Assembly (NCBI GenBank): GCA_040751775.1
Contig: JBFMGD010000005.1
Span: forward strand, 23,175-87,174
Source: Bacillota bacterium
GTDB taxonomy: Bacteria > Bacillota > Dethiobacteria > DTU022
DNA: 64,000 bases
Direction of reading: 5' to 3'
Shown here piece after piece: positions 28,018 to 37,612 of the stretch. Within the stretch, counting starts at the first letter, position 1. Each line of letters opens with the position of its first letter. Under the pieces are notes generated by a model, which saw only the letters and a program-made list of their open reading frames with translations, was not told where the DNA came from and made no database searches. A program made the position numbers and the translations under genes.

Positions 28018-29363
28018 GCGGCCGCCATTTCCTGCCCCTGACCGACGCGGAGCGGTCGGCCATGCTGAAGCGGATTGGGGCGGACTCGGTGGATGATCTT
28101 TTTCTGGATGTGCCCGCGGCGGTGCGCTTTCAGGGTGAAATGCAGCTGCCGCCTGCTCTCTCGGAACTTGAAGCCGCGGGGCACTTACACTCCCTGGCCG
28201 CCCGCAATAAGAATCTAAGAGACTGTGCCTCTTTTCTGGGCGCCGGTGTTTACGATCATTTCATTCCCAGTATGGTCAGGCATGTTACCGGGCGCAGTGA
28301 GTTCTACACGGCTTACACCCCTTACCAGGCAGAAATGAGCCAGGGAGTGTTGCAGGCGATCTTTGAATATCAAACCATGATCTGCCAGCTCACCGGCATG
28401 GAGGCGGCCAATGCCTCCCTCTATGACGGTGCCACTGCGCTGGCGGAAGGAGCGGTGATGGCTTGTGCCGTCACCGGGCGCTCCAAGGTGCTGGTTTCCC
28501 GCGGCGTCAGCCCATTTTACCGGGCGGTGCTGCAAAACTACTTCCAGGCCAGGGGCTTGCAGACCGAAGAGCTACCCTGCCGGGACGGCCAAACCGATCG
28601 GGATGCGGTCGAAAAGGCGGTTGGCGGTGATGTGGCGGCGTTAATCCAGCAAAGGCCGAATTTTTTCGGATTGCTGGAGGAGATGGACGGTGTGGCCGAC
28701 CTGCTCCATAAACAAGGCGCGCTCTTGGTGCTTTCCGTGGATCCGCTCTCCCTGCCCCTGGTGCAGGCGCCCGCGGAATACGGGACTGATATTGTCACCG
28801 GTGAAGGACAGGGCATGGGCAACCCCCCCTCTTTCGGGGGGCCGCTGCTGGGTTTTTTTGCCACCCGTGAAAAGTACATCCGGCGGATGCCGGGCCGGAT
28901 CGCCGGTGAAACCGTAGATCACGACGGCGGGCGCGGGTTTGTGCTGACCCTCCAGACGCGCGAGCAGCATATCCGCCGCGAAAGGGCGACTTCAAATATT
29001 TGCTCCAACCAGGCGCTCAACGCCCTGGCAGCCGCGGTTTACCTGGCGGCGATGGGCCCCGCCGGGATGCGCGAGGTTGCCTTGCTCTGCCTGCAAAAAG
29101 CCGCTTACGCGCGGGAGAAAATTGCCGCCCTGGATGGATACCGGATCACTTTCCCCGGCGTCTACTTTAAAGAATTTACCGTCAGCCTGCCCGAAGCGGC
29201 TCGAACCTTAAACCGCCGGCTGCTGTCGCAAAACATCCTTGGCGGTTTTGATTTAAGCAAATACTACCCGGAGCTGGGTGAAGCTGCTTTATTCTGCGTC
29301 ACTGAAACCCGGACCAGGGCAGAAATCGATACCCTGGTGCAGGCGCTGGAGGGATGGTCATGA
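28014..29363 (+). CDS. gcvPA: Glycine dehydrogenase (decarboxylating) subunit 1
   Basis: 449 aa. This is the two-subunit P-protein arrangement typical of Firmicutes, with N-terminal P-protein family similarity. Confidence 0.85.
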   Translation: MSGRHFLPLTDAERSAMLKRIGADSVDDLFLDVPAAVRFQGEMQLPPALSELEAAGHLHSLAARNKNLRDCASFLGAGVYDHFIPSMVRHVTGRSEFYTAYTPYQAEMSQGVLQAIFEYQTMICQLTGMEAANASLYDGATALAEGAVMACAVTGRSKVLVSRGVSPFYRAVLQNYFQARGLQTEELPCRDGQTDRDAVEKAVGGDVAALIQQRPNFFGLLEEMDGVADLLHKQGALLVLSVDPLSLPLVQAPAEYGTDIVTGEGQGMGNPPSFGGPLLGFFATREKYIRRMPGRIAGETVDHDGGRGFVLTLQTREQHIRRERATSNICSNQALNALAAAVYLAAMGPAGMREVALLCLQKAAYAREKIAALDGYRITFPGVYFKEFTVSLPEAARTLNRRLLSQNILGGFDLSKYYPELGEAALFCVTETRTRAEIDTLVQALEGWS

Positions 29364-30820
29364 GAAAAGAAAAAACGTTGCTCTTCGAGATGGGATCCCC
29401 GGGGCGGCGGGGCTGTTCCCTGCCGGACTGTGATGTGCCCGAAAAACCGCTGGACGATCTGCTGCCGGCGCGGTTGCGGCGCCGGCAACCGCTGGATCTG
29501 CCCGAACTTTCCGAGGGGGAACTGATCCGGCACTATACGGCGCTTTCCAGGCGCAATCACGGTGTCGATTCCGGTTTTTATCCCCTCGGATCCTGCACCA
29601 TGAAATATAATCCGAAAATCAATGAGGATATCGCGGTGCTGCCGGGGTTTGCTTACCTGCACCCCTGCCAGGATGACTGCACAGTGCAGGGCGCCCTGGA
29701 ACTGCTCTACCGGGCTGAGGCCGGCTTAAAAGAGGTGACCGGGATGGACCGGATTACCTTTCAGCCGGTGGCCGGAGCGCAAGGAGAACTGACCGGGCTG
29801 ATGCTGATCCAGGCTTATCACCGCGCGCGCAATGAAGAGCGCCGCAAAGTGCTCATTCCGGATTCAGCCCACGGCACCAACCCCGCCTCAGCCGCCATGA
29901 GCGGATTTGAGGTGGTCCAGATTCCCTCGGATGCAAGAGGGCTGGTGGACCTGGAGAAGCTGAAAGAAGCGCTGGGGCCGGATACGGCGGCCCTGATGCT
30001 GACCAACCCGAATACGCTCGGTCTTTTCGAAGCGGATATTATGGAGATCGCCGCGGCGGTTCACGAAGTGGGCGGCCTGCTTTATTACGACGGGGCCAAC
30101 CTGAATGCCGTGATGGGCTTTGCCCGCCCCGGTGATATGGGCTTTGACGTGGTCCACCTGAATTTGCATAAAACCTTCGCCACACCGCACGGCGGCGGTG
30201 GGCCGGGCAGCGGGGTGGTCGGGGTCAAGGAAAGGCTGGTCCCTTACCTGCCGCTGCCGCTGGTGGAAAAGGGAGAGCAGGGTTACTATTTCAACTACGA
30301 CTTGCCGCTCAGTATCGGCAAGGTGCACGGTTTCCACGGCAACTTCGGCGTTGTGGTAAAAGCCTATACCTACATGTGCATGATGGGCGCGGCGGGGCTG
30401 AAACAGGCCAGTGCCGATGCCGTCTTGAATGCCAATTACCTGATGCGCCGGCTTAAAAAAAACTACGCGCTCACTCACGACCGGCCCTGCAAGCACGAAT
30501 TTGTCCTCTCCGCGGTAGATCAGAAAAAGCAGGGCGTGGCAGCGGGCGATATCGCAAAGGCGCTCCTTGATTACGGCTTTCATCCGCCCACTGTTTATTT
30601 TCCCTTAATCGTGGAAGAGGCGCTGATGGTGGAGCCGACTGAAACCGAGAGCATGGAGACGCTGGACCGGTTTGCCGAAGCGATGGAAGAGATCGCCCGC
30701 CTGGTCAAGGAAGACCCGGCGCGGGTGACCGGCGCTCCCTATACCACACCGGTCGGACGTTTGGATGAAGTGCGTGCGGTCCGGCAGCTCCGCGTGCGCT
30801 GGACACCGGAATCCGAGTAG
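29354..30820 (+). CDS. gcvPB: Glycine dehydrogenase (decarboxylating) subunit 2, PLP-binding
   Basis: 488 aa. It carries the PLP-lysine motif [20 protein letters not shown]. Confidence 0.85.
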   Translation: MVMRKEKTLLFEMGSPGRRGCSLPDCDVPEKPLDDLLPARLRRRQPLDLPELSEGELIRHYTALSRRNHGVDSGFYPLGSCTMKYNPKINEDIAVLPGFAYLHPCQDDCTVQGALELLYRAEAGLKEVTGMDRITFQPVAGAQGELTGLMLIQAYHRARNEERRKVLIPDSAHGTNPASAAMSGFEVVQIPSDARGLVDLEKLKEALGPDTAALMLTNPNTLGLFEADIMEIAAAVHEVGGLLYYDGANLNAVMGFARPGDMGFDVVHLNLHKTFATPHGGGGPGSGVVGVKERLVPYLPLPLVEKGEQGYYFNYDLPLSIGKVHGFHGNFGVVVKAYTYMCMMGAAGLKQASADAVLNANYLMRRLKKNYALTHDRPCKHEFVLSAVDQKKQGVAAGDIAKALLDYGFHPPTVYFPLIVEEALMVEPTETESMETLDRFAEAMEEIARLVKEDPARVTGAPYTTPVGRLDEVRAVRQLRVRWTPESE

Positions 30821-30870
30821 TCAGGCGGTTTATGCTTGGCTCTTGAATCTTACTGCACGCATCTTCTAAG

Positions 30871-31788
30871 GTGGTGATTATCATTTTTGCGCCATTGCTT
30901 TCGCCGGCAGACGAGGGGAGCTCGGCTTCCCTGGAGCAGCTGCTTTTTAAAGCCCGGCAGACCCGCGGGGTCAATTTTCCGCCGGCAGTGGAATATGTTT
31001 ACCCCCGCCTGACGCTGGCGGTACGCACCACCGCTATTACTTGCCCGTTAAACTGCGCGCACTGCGGGGGCCATTACTTAAGAGGGATGGTTTCCGTGAC
31101 CAAGGCGTTGATTCAACAGCAAAAGAATCGCTACAAAAGTTTCCTGGTCAGCGGCGCCTGTAATGCGCAGGGCCGGGTGCCGCACCGGGAAAAGTGGCCG
31201 GAGATATGTGCTCTCGCCGCCCGGGGAGAGCTGAACATCCATTCCGGCCTGGTGGGGGAAGAGGAGGCGGCGGAGTTGGGCAAGGTGGCCCGGACGATCT
31301 CTTTTGATTTCGTGACGGATGCTGAAACGATCAGAGAAGTCTACGGCCTGCATGCCTCACCTGAGGATTATCTCCGCTCCTACCGGCTCTTACGCAAGCG
31401 CTGCCGGGTGGTGCCGCATATCTGCCTGGGGTTGATGGGGGGCCGGATTAAGGGGGAGTACCGGGCCCTGGAAGTTTTAAAGGAGGAAGGGGTGGAGGCG
31501 ATCAGCTTCATCGTTTTTCGCCCTACTCCGGGCACGGCGCTGGGTCATTGTCCTCCGCCGCTCCTGGAAGAGGTTGCCCGGGTTCTCGCGTTCGCCCGGG
31601 TGACCTTCCCGAACACCCCTCTTTACCTGGGCTGCCTGCGCCCGGGGGGACAATACCGGCAGCAGCTCGATTGCTTGGCCCTGCACGCCGGCATCAACAA
31701 GATTGTCCAGCCGGCCCCGGCGGCCCGCCGCCTGGCGGAGAAACTGGAGCTGGCTGTACACCGGGGAGAGGAGTGCTGCGCCCTTTGA
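30871..31788 (+). CDS. Radical SAM protein, LipS1/LipS2-type (component of two-protein lipoyl synthase)
   Basis: 305 aa. It has the CX3CX2C motif CPLNCAHC. Its placement between gcvPB and a second radical-SAM gene plus an LplA-family transferase mirrors the archaeal-type two-component lipoyl synthase loci. Confidence 0.5.
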   Translation: MVIIIFAPLLSPADEGSSASLEQLLFKARQTRGVNFPPAVEYVYPRLTLAVRTTAITCPLNCAHCGGHYLRGMVSVTKALIQQQKNRYKSFLVSGACNAQGRVPHREKWPEICALAARGELNIHSGLVGEEEAAELGKVARTISFDFVTDAETIREVYGLHASPEDYLRSYRLLRKRCRVVPHICLGLMGGRIKGEYRALEVLKEEGVEAISFIVFRPTPGTALGHCPPPLLEEVARVLAFARVTFPNTPLYLGCLRPGGQYRQQLDCLALHAGINKIVQPAPAARRLAEKLELAVHRGEECCAL

Positions 31789-32747
31789 TTCGCATATCGG
31801 CGGGCAGCGCCGCCAGCATGGGCTTGATCAGTCTGAAAGCGGATGTTGCCCCGACTACCGTTTACCTGCTGCACGGTACGGGCTGCGTGATGCATTGTGC
31901 TTTCTGTCCCCAATCGCGCTCCGGCGGTGGGCTGCACGGGCGCCTGGGCCGGATTACGTGGCCTACCTTTAATCGTTCAGTTTTGCCGGACGGATTGCGG
32001 CAAGCCGAAGCGGCGGGCGTGCGGCGAATTTGCCTGCAATCCGTCCGGGACGGCGGCGGACCGGCTGCCCTGGTGCAATTGCTGGAGCAGTTAAAAGCGG
32101 TCTCATCCCTGCCGGTATCGGTCTCCACCCTGGTCGAGAGCAGGCCTGAGGCGGCGGCGATCTTTGAAGCCGGCGCGGCGCGGGTTTCGATCGCGCTTGA
32201 CCTGGCCAACCCGGACCTATTTGCCCGTTATAAAGGAGGTTCTTTTCAGAAGAAGCTCAGGCTGCTCCTGGATTGCGCCCACGCCTGGCCGGGCAGGATG
32301 TCGACCCACCTGATCTGCGGACTGGGCGAAACGGAAGCGGCAGCGGCGGCGCTGCTTGACACCCTGCTGCGAGCGGGGATCACAATAGCCCTCTTTGCCT
32401 TTACCCCCCTGAAGGGAACCCCTCTGGCCGGCCACCCGCAGCCGGAACCGGCCGCCTACCGGCGCCTGCAAACAGCCCGCTACCTGCTCCAGCACGCTTT
32501 GAGCTCCCTGGAGCGCTTTACGTTTGCCGAAGGGAAAATCACCTCTTTCGGGCTTCCCGGCGAGACCCTGGCCGAAATCCTGAAAGACGGCGAAGCCTTT
32601 CGCACCAGCGGCTGCCCCGAATGCAACCGCCCCTACTATAACGAAAAGCCCGGCGGTTTTATCTATAACTACCCCCGCTCTTTAACCGCCACCGAAACTA
32701 AAATTGCCACTGGGACGGTTCTATCGACAATAATAAATAATCTTTAG
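31785..32747 (+). CDS. Radical SAM protein, LipS1/LipS2-type (second component); last 14 codons and stop lie inside MITE-like copy B
   Basis: It has the CX3CX2C motif CVMHCAFC. The listed ORF (31548-) overlaps the upstream gene in another frame. The likely start is TTG at 31785 (overlapping the TGA at 31786-31788, with GGAGAGGAG about 13 nt upstream), or ATG at 31818. The C-terminal KIATGTVLSTIINNL* is encoded by the repeat element. Confidence 0.5.
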   Translation: MIRISAGSAASMGLISLKADVAPTTVYLLHGTGCVMHCAFCPQSRSGGGLHGRLGRITWPTFNRSVLPDGLRQAEAAGVRRICLQSVRDGGGPAALVQLLEQLKAVSSLPVSVSTLVESRPEAAAIFEAGAARVSIALDLANPDLFARYKGGSFQKKLRLLLDCAHAWPGRMSTHLICGLGETEAAAAALLDTLLRAGITIALFAFTPLKGTPLAGHPQPEPAAYRRLQTARYLLQHALSSLERFTFAEGKITSFGLPGETLAEILKDGEAFRTSGCPECNRPYYNEKPGGFIYNYPRSLTATETKIATGTVLSTIINNL

Positions 32748-32822
32748 TCGGTTAAATATGTCACCGGCGTTACCGGAACGGTTCTGCTGAAAAAATTGTC
32801 AATAGAACCGTCACAGTGACAA
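32704..32822. repeat. MITE-like element copy B, about 119 bp, with the same 27-bp terminal inverted repeats
   Basis: 32704-32730 reads ttgccactgggacggttctatcgacaa. 32796-32822 reads ttgtcaatagaaccgtcacagtgacaa, its reverse complement. An internal half-copy acggttctgctga sits at 32778-32790. It matches copy A at 1032-1163 apart from a few substitutions. Confidence 0.55.
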
Positions 32823-32851
32823 CCGGTGGAAACAAATAAGGCGGTGAGATT

Positions 32852-33586
32852 TTGTCTGAAGAATGGTGCCTGATCATGGACCCGGCCATGACGGGAGAAC
32901 AAAACATGGCCCGCGACCTGGCCCTGCACCGCGCCGTCGCCGCCGGTGATTCGCCGCCGCTGCTGCGCTGCTACAGCTGGTCGCCGCCGGCCTTGTCTCT
33001 GGGCCGTTTTCAAAAGGCTGAAGAGGTGGTTGACCGGGAGGCTTGCCGCCGGCTGGGCGTGGACCTGGTACGCCGTCCCACCGGGGGCCGTGCTGTCCTG
33101 CATCATCGCGAACTGACCTACAGTGTCGTCGTGCGGGAAGACCATGCCCAAGTTCCGGCGGGAATAATAGAAGCTTACCGCCTTTTCAACGGTTGTATCG
33201 TGCAGGCGCTAGATCTGCTGAACATTAAGGCCGCGCTGGCGCCAAAAGAGGCAGGGGGAGGCGGCATAGCGCCCGGATCATGCTTTGATACCGCCGCCGC
33301 CTATGAAGTGCGGGTGGCGGGAAAAAAAGTAGCGGGCAGCGCCCAACTGCGGCGAGACGGCGCGCTCTTGCAGCACGGCGCGATTCTGTTTGAGCTGTCG
33401 CTTGACCTTTGCCGTCAGGTGCTGCTGCCGCTACCGGGTACCGGCGTGTCCGCTTACCTGCAGCAGCTCGGCCGTGAAGCCGCCGGCCTGTTGGACCTCG
33501 GTTACGATCTTTCACCGGCATCACTGGCCGAAGCACTGGTCGAGAGCTTTTCCCGGGTCCTGGCCGTAAGATTCAAAAACGAATAG
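32852..33586 (+). CDS. Lipoate/octanoate-protein transferase, LplA/LipM-family catalytic domain only
   Basis: 244 aa. It has the BPL_LplA_LipB motifs RRPTGGRAVLH and the catalytic-lysine region GKKVAGSAQ, and no LplA C-terminal domain. The start is TTG, or alternatively ATG at 32876. Confidence 0.7.
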   Translation: MSEEWCLIMDPAMTGEQNMARDLALHRAVAAGDSPPLLRCYSWSPPALSLGRFQKAEEVVDREACRRLGVDLVRRPTGGRAVLHHRELTYSVVVREDHAQVPAGIIEAYRLFNGCIVQALDLLNIKAALAPKEAGGGGIAPGSCFDTAAAYEVRVAGKKVAGSAQLRRDGALLQHGAILFELSLDLCRQVLLPLPGTGVSAYLQQLGREAAGLLDLGYDLSPASLAEALVESFSRVLAVRFKNE

Positions 33587-33627
33587 CAAAACGTGCCAGG
33601 CACGTTAGTTATTGAGGGAGGCAGAGT

Positions 33628-35034
33628 ATGGAGATGGAACGATATCAGTTAACGGTAATTGGCGGTGGGCCGGGGGGGTATGCCGCGGCGCTGCACGCCG
33701 CCGCCCTCGGTTTGAAGACAATTTTAATTGAGAGGGAACATCTGGGAGGCACCTGTTTAAACCACGGCTGTATTCCCACCAAGTCACTGGCCTACAGCGC
33801 TTTTCTTTACCGGAAGTTGAAAGAGGCTCACACTTACGGGTTTGATACCGGCGTAGTGTCTTTTGATTACGCGGCCATCGAAGCGCGTAAAGCTTCGGTT
33901 GTCTCGGAACTTGTCGGTAGACTGGCCGGTCTATTAAAAAGCGCGGGGGTGGAGGTTTGCTTCGGGGAAGCCCGGGCGCTCTCGCCTGTGCGGTTTGCGG
34001 TGCAGCTTCCCGGAGGAGAGAAGCGGGTTGTGGAAACTGAGCAAACGATCCTGGCCACCGGCAGCGAAGAGATCATCCCGCCGGTTCCGGGGATAAATCT
34101 GCCCGGTGTGATCTATTCTCGCGAAGCACTGGCTTTAACCCGGCTTCCGGTAAGCCTGGCCGTTGTCGGCGGCGGCGTAATCGCCCTTGAGATGGCTTCC
34201 ATCTTTGCCGCATTCGGCGTCTCGGTAACGATCATTCAGCGCAGTATTTTGCTGCGCCGGGAAGACCGCGAGATGGTGCGGCGCCTGACACCCTTTTTGC
34301 GGCGCCAGGGGATCAAAATTATGACGGAAGCGCCGCTACAGCGGATTGTTCAGGACGGCGACGGCTTGCGCTTGGTTGTGCATACGATGCGGGGTGAGGA
34401 GGCAGTAATTGCGGAGAAGGTTTTAATCGCGATCGGGCGCAAAGCCTCAAGCGGTGGTTTGGAACCCGCCGTGCTGGGTATCGCCGCCGGCGAGGCCGGG
34501 TTTCAGGTGGCGGAATCGATGGAGACAAACGTGCCCGGCATTTACGCCGTCGGGGATGCGGCCACACCGGGTTTCTTCCTGGCTCACGTTGCCTCTCACC
34601 AGGGCATCGTGGCAGCCGAAAACGCGGCGGGTCGCGAGGTGCTCTTTCACGCGAACGCGGTTCCGGTATGCATCTTTACCCATCCGGAGCTGGCGCGGGT
34701 CGGCCTGACCGAGGAAGAAGCCCGTGAGAAGGGTTATCCCGTCAGGACGGGCAAGTTCCCCTTCAGCGCGAACGGCAAAGCTTTTCTGCAGGGCGAGGGA
34801 GACGGCGTAGTGAAAATCGTCGCCGACGGGGATACGGGAACAGTGCTCGGTGTGCATATTCTGGGGCCGCACGCCTCGGACCTGATCCAGGAGGGCACCT
34901 TGGCCGTGGCTTACGGCGCGCGGGTAGATGATTTGCAGCAGCTGATCCACCCGCACCCCACTTTAAGTGAAGCACTCTGGGAAGCGGCGCTTTCCGTTAC
35001 CGGCGCCCCGCTTCACCTGGAAAGTAGGCGCTGA
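33628..35034 (+). CDS. lpd: Dihydrolipoyl dehydrogenase (E3, L protein of the glycine cleavage system)
   Basis: 468 aa. It has the FAD motif GGGPGGY, the redox-active disulfide GGTCLNHGCIPTK and a C-terminal His-Pro-x-x-Ser-Glu (HPHPTLSE). Confidence 0.9.
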   Translation: MEMERYQLTVIGGGPGGYAAALHAAALGLKTILIEREHLGGTCLNHGCIPTKSLAYSAFLYRKLKEAHTYGFDTGVVSFDYAAIEARKASVVSELVGRLAGLLKSAGVEVCFGEARALSPVRFAVQLPGGEKRVVETEQTILATGSEEIIPPVPGINLPGVIYSREALALTRLPVSLAVVGGGVIALEMASIFAAFGVSVTIIQRSILLRREDREMVRRLTPFLRRQGIKIMTEAPLQRIVQDGDGLRLVVHTMRGEEAVIAEKVLIAIGRKASSGGLEPAVLGIAAGEAGFQVAESMETNVPGIYAVGDAATPGFFLAHVASHQGIVAAENAAGREVLFHANAVPVCIFTHPELARVGLTEEEAREKGYPVRTGKFPFSANGKAFLQGEGDGVVKIVADGDTGTVLGVHILGPHASDLIQEGTLAVAYGARVDDLQQLIHPHPTLSEALWEAALSVTGAPLHLESRR

Positions 35035-35086
35035 TATTCTAACAGGGGCAGGGCAGCGGTTGTAATTGCTGCATCTCATTGGCCGG

Positions 35087-37354
35087 TTATTCCTGCCGGT
35101 TAATTTGGTCGATCAATTCATCCAGCAGCGTCACACTAATCGATCCTCCGGTGTAATCCAACATTTTTATCGCCGGCATGTTGCCCAGCAGATTTACCAA
35201 AGTCTGGTCGAGGTCGCCTGACAGAAGCACTGAGACGAGTGGTGTTTCCCCCAGTGTTTGCCGAATGATTTCTCTGGCCGCATCATCGGAGAGGAAATAT
35301 TTAAAGGGGGTAAGCCTGTGGAAGTGCCGCTTTAGTCTCTGCTGCGAATCCATGTAGACCTTTGTTGCCAGCTTAAGATCGGTGCTGGAACTGCCGATGA
35401 GAATTTCAAACCAACCCGTCTCTATGATCCAATTCCGGCCGGCGGCATCGTAAAAAGCGAAATCGCGCCCGGTCAGTGAAAACTGCACTGTCTTTGTTTC
35501 TCCCGGTTCAAGAGCGACCTTGGCAAAAGCCTTTAGCTCCTTATCAGGCCGCACCCGGCTTGCCGTCTCATCGCGTAGGTAGAGCTGAACAATTTCCCGG
35601 CCCGCTCGAGGGCCGCTGTTTTTTACACTCAGTCCTACCTGCAGTACATCGTGGTCGGAGATCGTATCACGATTAAGCTTTAAGTTACTGTATTCAAAGG
35701 TGGTATAGGAGAGGCCGAAACCGAAAGGAAAAAGCGGTGTAATTTTTTTTCGGTCATAGTAGCGGTAGCCGACGAAAAGCCCTTCACCGTAGCGGACCCG
35801 GTCTTCTTCCCCCGGAAAATTTAAAAACGCCGGTGTGTCCTCCAACCGGTAGGGGAAAGTTTCGGCCAGTTTCCCGGAAGGGTTAACCAACCCGAGCAGG
35901 ATATCGGCCGCGGCGCCTCCGGAGGCCTGCCCGCCGAGCCATCCCTCCAGGATCGCTTTCGGTTTATTCAGCCAGGGCATGGTCACGGCGGATCCATTGG
36001 CCAAGAAAACGATGGTGTTCGGCTGGACCGCGCAGACCGCCTCGATCAACCGGTTATGCGCCGGAGGCAGGTCCAGGTGGACGCGGTCGAACCCCTCCGA
36101 CTCATACTGCGGCGGAAGCCCGGCAAAGATGACCGCTACTTCCGCTTTACGGGCCGTACTCACCGCCTCCTTAATCAGGGTCTCATCAGCGCTGTCGCTC
36201 TCGGAATATCCCGCGGCGTAAGTAAGCCAGGTTTTACTGCCGAGCAGCTTGGCCAGTTCATCGTAAGCCGCATCCAGTTTGGTGGGGGTAACCTGGGAAC
36301 TGCCCGCGCCCTGGTAGCGGGGATCGCGGGCGAAGCGGCCGATTACGGCCAGAGAGGCAAGCTTATTCGCATCCAAAGGCAGCAGGTTGTCTTCATTTTT
36401 CAAAAGTACCGCACATTCGCCCGCGGCCCGGCGGGCCAGGGCATGGTGGGCTGTTTGATCATAAACGACGCCCGGCCGCCTGTATTGAACAGCGAGCAGC
36501 ACCAGGCGCAGGATCCGGCGCACCGCCTCATCCAAAACGGTTTCATTAAGGAGGCCTTCTCTAACCAGCCCGGCTATTTTCGCGTCGTCGATGCCGCCTT
36601 TGCCCGGCATTTCCAGGTCCATTCCTGCTGCGAGCGATTTCTCCTTATAGTTGACCGCCGTCCAGTCGGAGACCACGCAACCCGTAAACCCCCACTCCTC
36701 TTTCAGTATTTCGGTAAGCAGGTAACTGTTTTCCGTAGCCGGCACGCCGTTAATCCGGTTGTAGGACGCCATTACGGTCCAGGGGCGTGCTTCCTTGACC
36801 ACCTGCTCAAAAGCGGCGAGGTAGATCTCGCGCAAGGTACGTTCATCGAGATCTGCGCTGATCGTCATCCGTTCGAACTCCTGGTTGTTGCAGGCGTAAT
36901 GTTTAAGCGAGGTTCCGATCCCTTCGCTTTGCACCGCGTTGACGAAAGCAACGGCCAACGCCGCGGTTAGATGGGGATCCTCGGAATAATACTCAAAGTT
37001 TCTCCCTCCCAGCGGAGAGCGCTTGATATTAATCCCCGGCCCCAGCAGGACCTGAACATCCAGGGCATGGCATTCGCCGGCCAAAGCCTTGCCGATCGTT
37101 TCGATCAGGGCGGTATCCCAGGAAGAGGCTAGCGCGGAAGCGGTGGGAAAACAGGTGGCCGGTTTGGCGTCACCAAGCCCGATATCGCTTCCAGAGTGGG
37201 GTCGCCTGACTCCGTGCGGGCCGTCGTTCAGCCAGATTGAGGGAATGCCCAACCTTTCTACCGCCACGGTAGTCCAGTAATCCTTGCCCGTGGTCAACGC
37301 GACCTTCTCTTCAAGCGTCAACTTGCCCAGCAAATCGTTGATTCTGTCTTCCAT
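35087..37354 (-). CDS. Glycoside hydrolase family 3 beta-glucosidase (BglX-like)
   Basis: 755 aa. The GH3 nucleophile region GFTGCVVSDW is present. It has N- and C-terminal GH3 domains and a fibronectin-like tail. Confidence 0.8.
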   Translation of the reverse strand: MEDRINDLLGKLTLEEKVALTTGKDYWTTVAVERLGIPSIWLNDGPHGVRRPHSGSDIGLGDAKPATCFPTASALASSWDTALIETIGKALAGECHALDVQVLLGPGINIKRSPLGGRNFEYYSEDPHLTAALAVAFVNAVQSEGIGTSLKHYACNNQEFERMTISADLDERTLREIYLAAFEQVVKEARPWTVMASYNRINGVPATENSYLLTEILKEEWGFTGCVVSDWTAVNYKEKSLAAGMDLEMPGKGGIDDAKIAGLVREGLLNETVLDEAVRRILRLVLLAVQYRRPGVVYDQTAHHALARRAAGECAVLLKNEDNLLPLDANKLASLAVIGRFARDPRYQGAGSSQVTPTKLDAAYDELAKLLGSKTWLTYAAGYSESDSADETLIKEAVSTARKAEVAVIFAGLPPQYESEGFDRVHLDLPPAHNRLIEAVCAVQPNTIVFLANGSAVTMPWLNKPKAILEGWLGGQASGGAAADILLGLVNPSGKLAETFPYRLEDTPAFLNFPGEEDRVRYGEGLFVGYRYYDRKKITPLFPFGFGLSYTTFEYSNLKLNRDTISDHDVLQVGLSVKNSGPRAGREIVQLYLRDETASRVRPDKELKAFAKVALEPGETKTVQFSLTGRDFAFYDAAGRNWIIETGWFEILIGSSSTDLKLATKVYMDSQQRLKRHFHRLTPFKYFLSDDAAREIIRQTLGETPLVSVLLSGDLDQTLVNLLGNMPAIKMLDYTGGSISVTLLDELIDQINRQE

Positions 37355-37612
37355 ACCGAGACCACCCCATCCCTTTGCTTAGTAAAGGTTTATAGATTCA
37401 TCGTTGCGTAACCATTCAAATTCTTTTTCTATTTCTGCATTATAGCGTCTTATCCTTTCAATTTATAGAATAGTGCCGTCAAAATTTGTAAAGATTATGC
37501 AAAGTCTTAATTGACTGGAAATTAATGGCACCGGTAAAAGAGGTTAGTGGTTGATTTATACGTGTCAGACATGCTATAATTCAGTCAATAAGACCAAGGA
37601 GGCTTAACACAT

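Noticed and set aside
29888-30583. 231-aa minus-strand ORF inside gcvPB
   Set aside because: It is antisense to the PLP-binding region of GcvPB, with no family similarity. It is a spurious high-GC ORF.
36056-36970. 304-aa ORF on the plus strand inside the GH3 gene region
   Set aside because: It is antisense to a well-supported GH3 beta-glucosidase CDS. Long antisense open frames are expected in high-GC DNA, and it has no recognisable domain or RBS.
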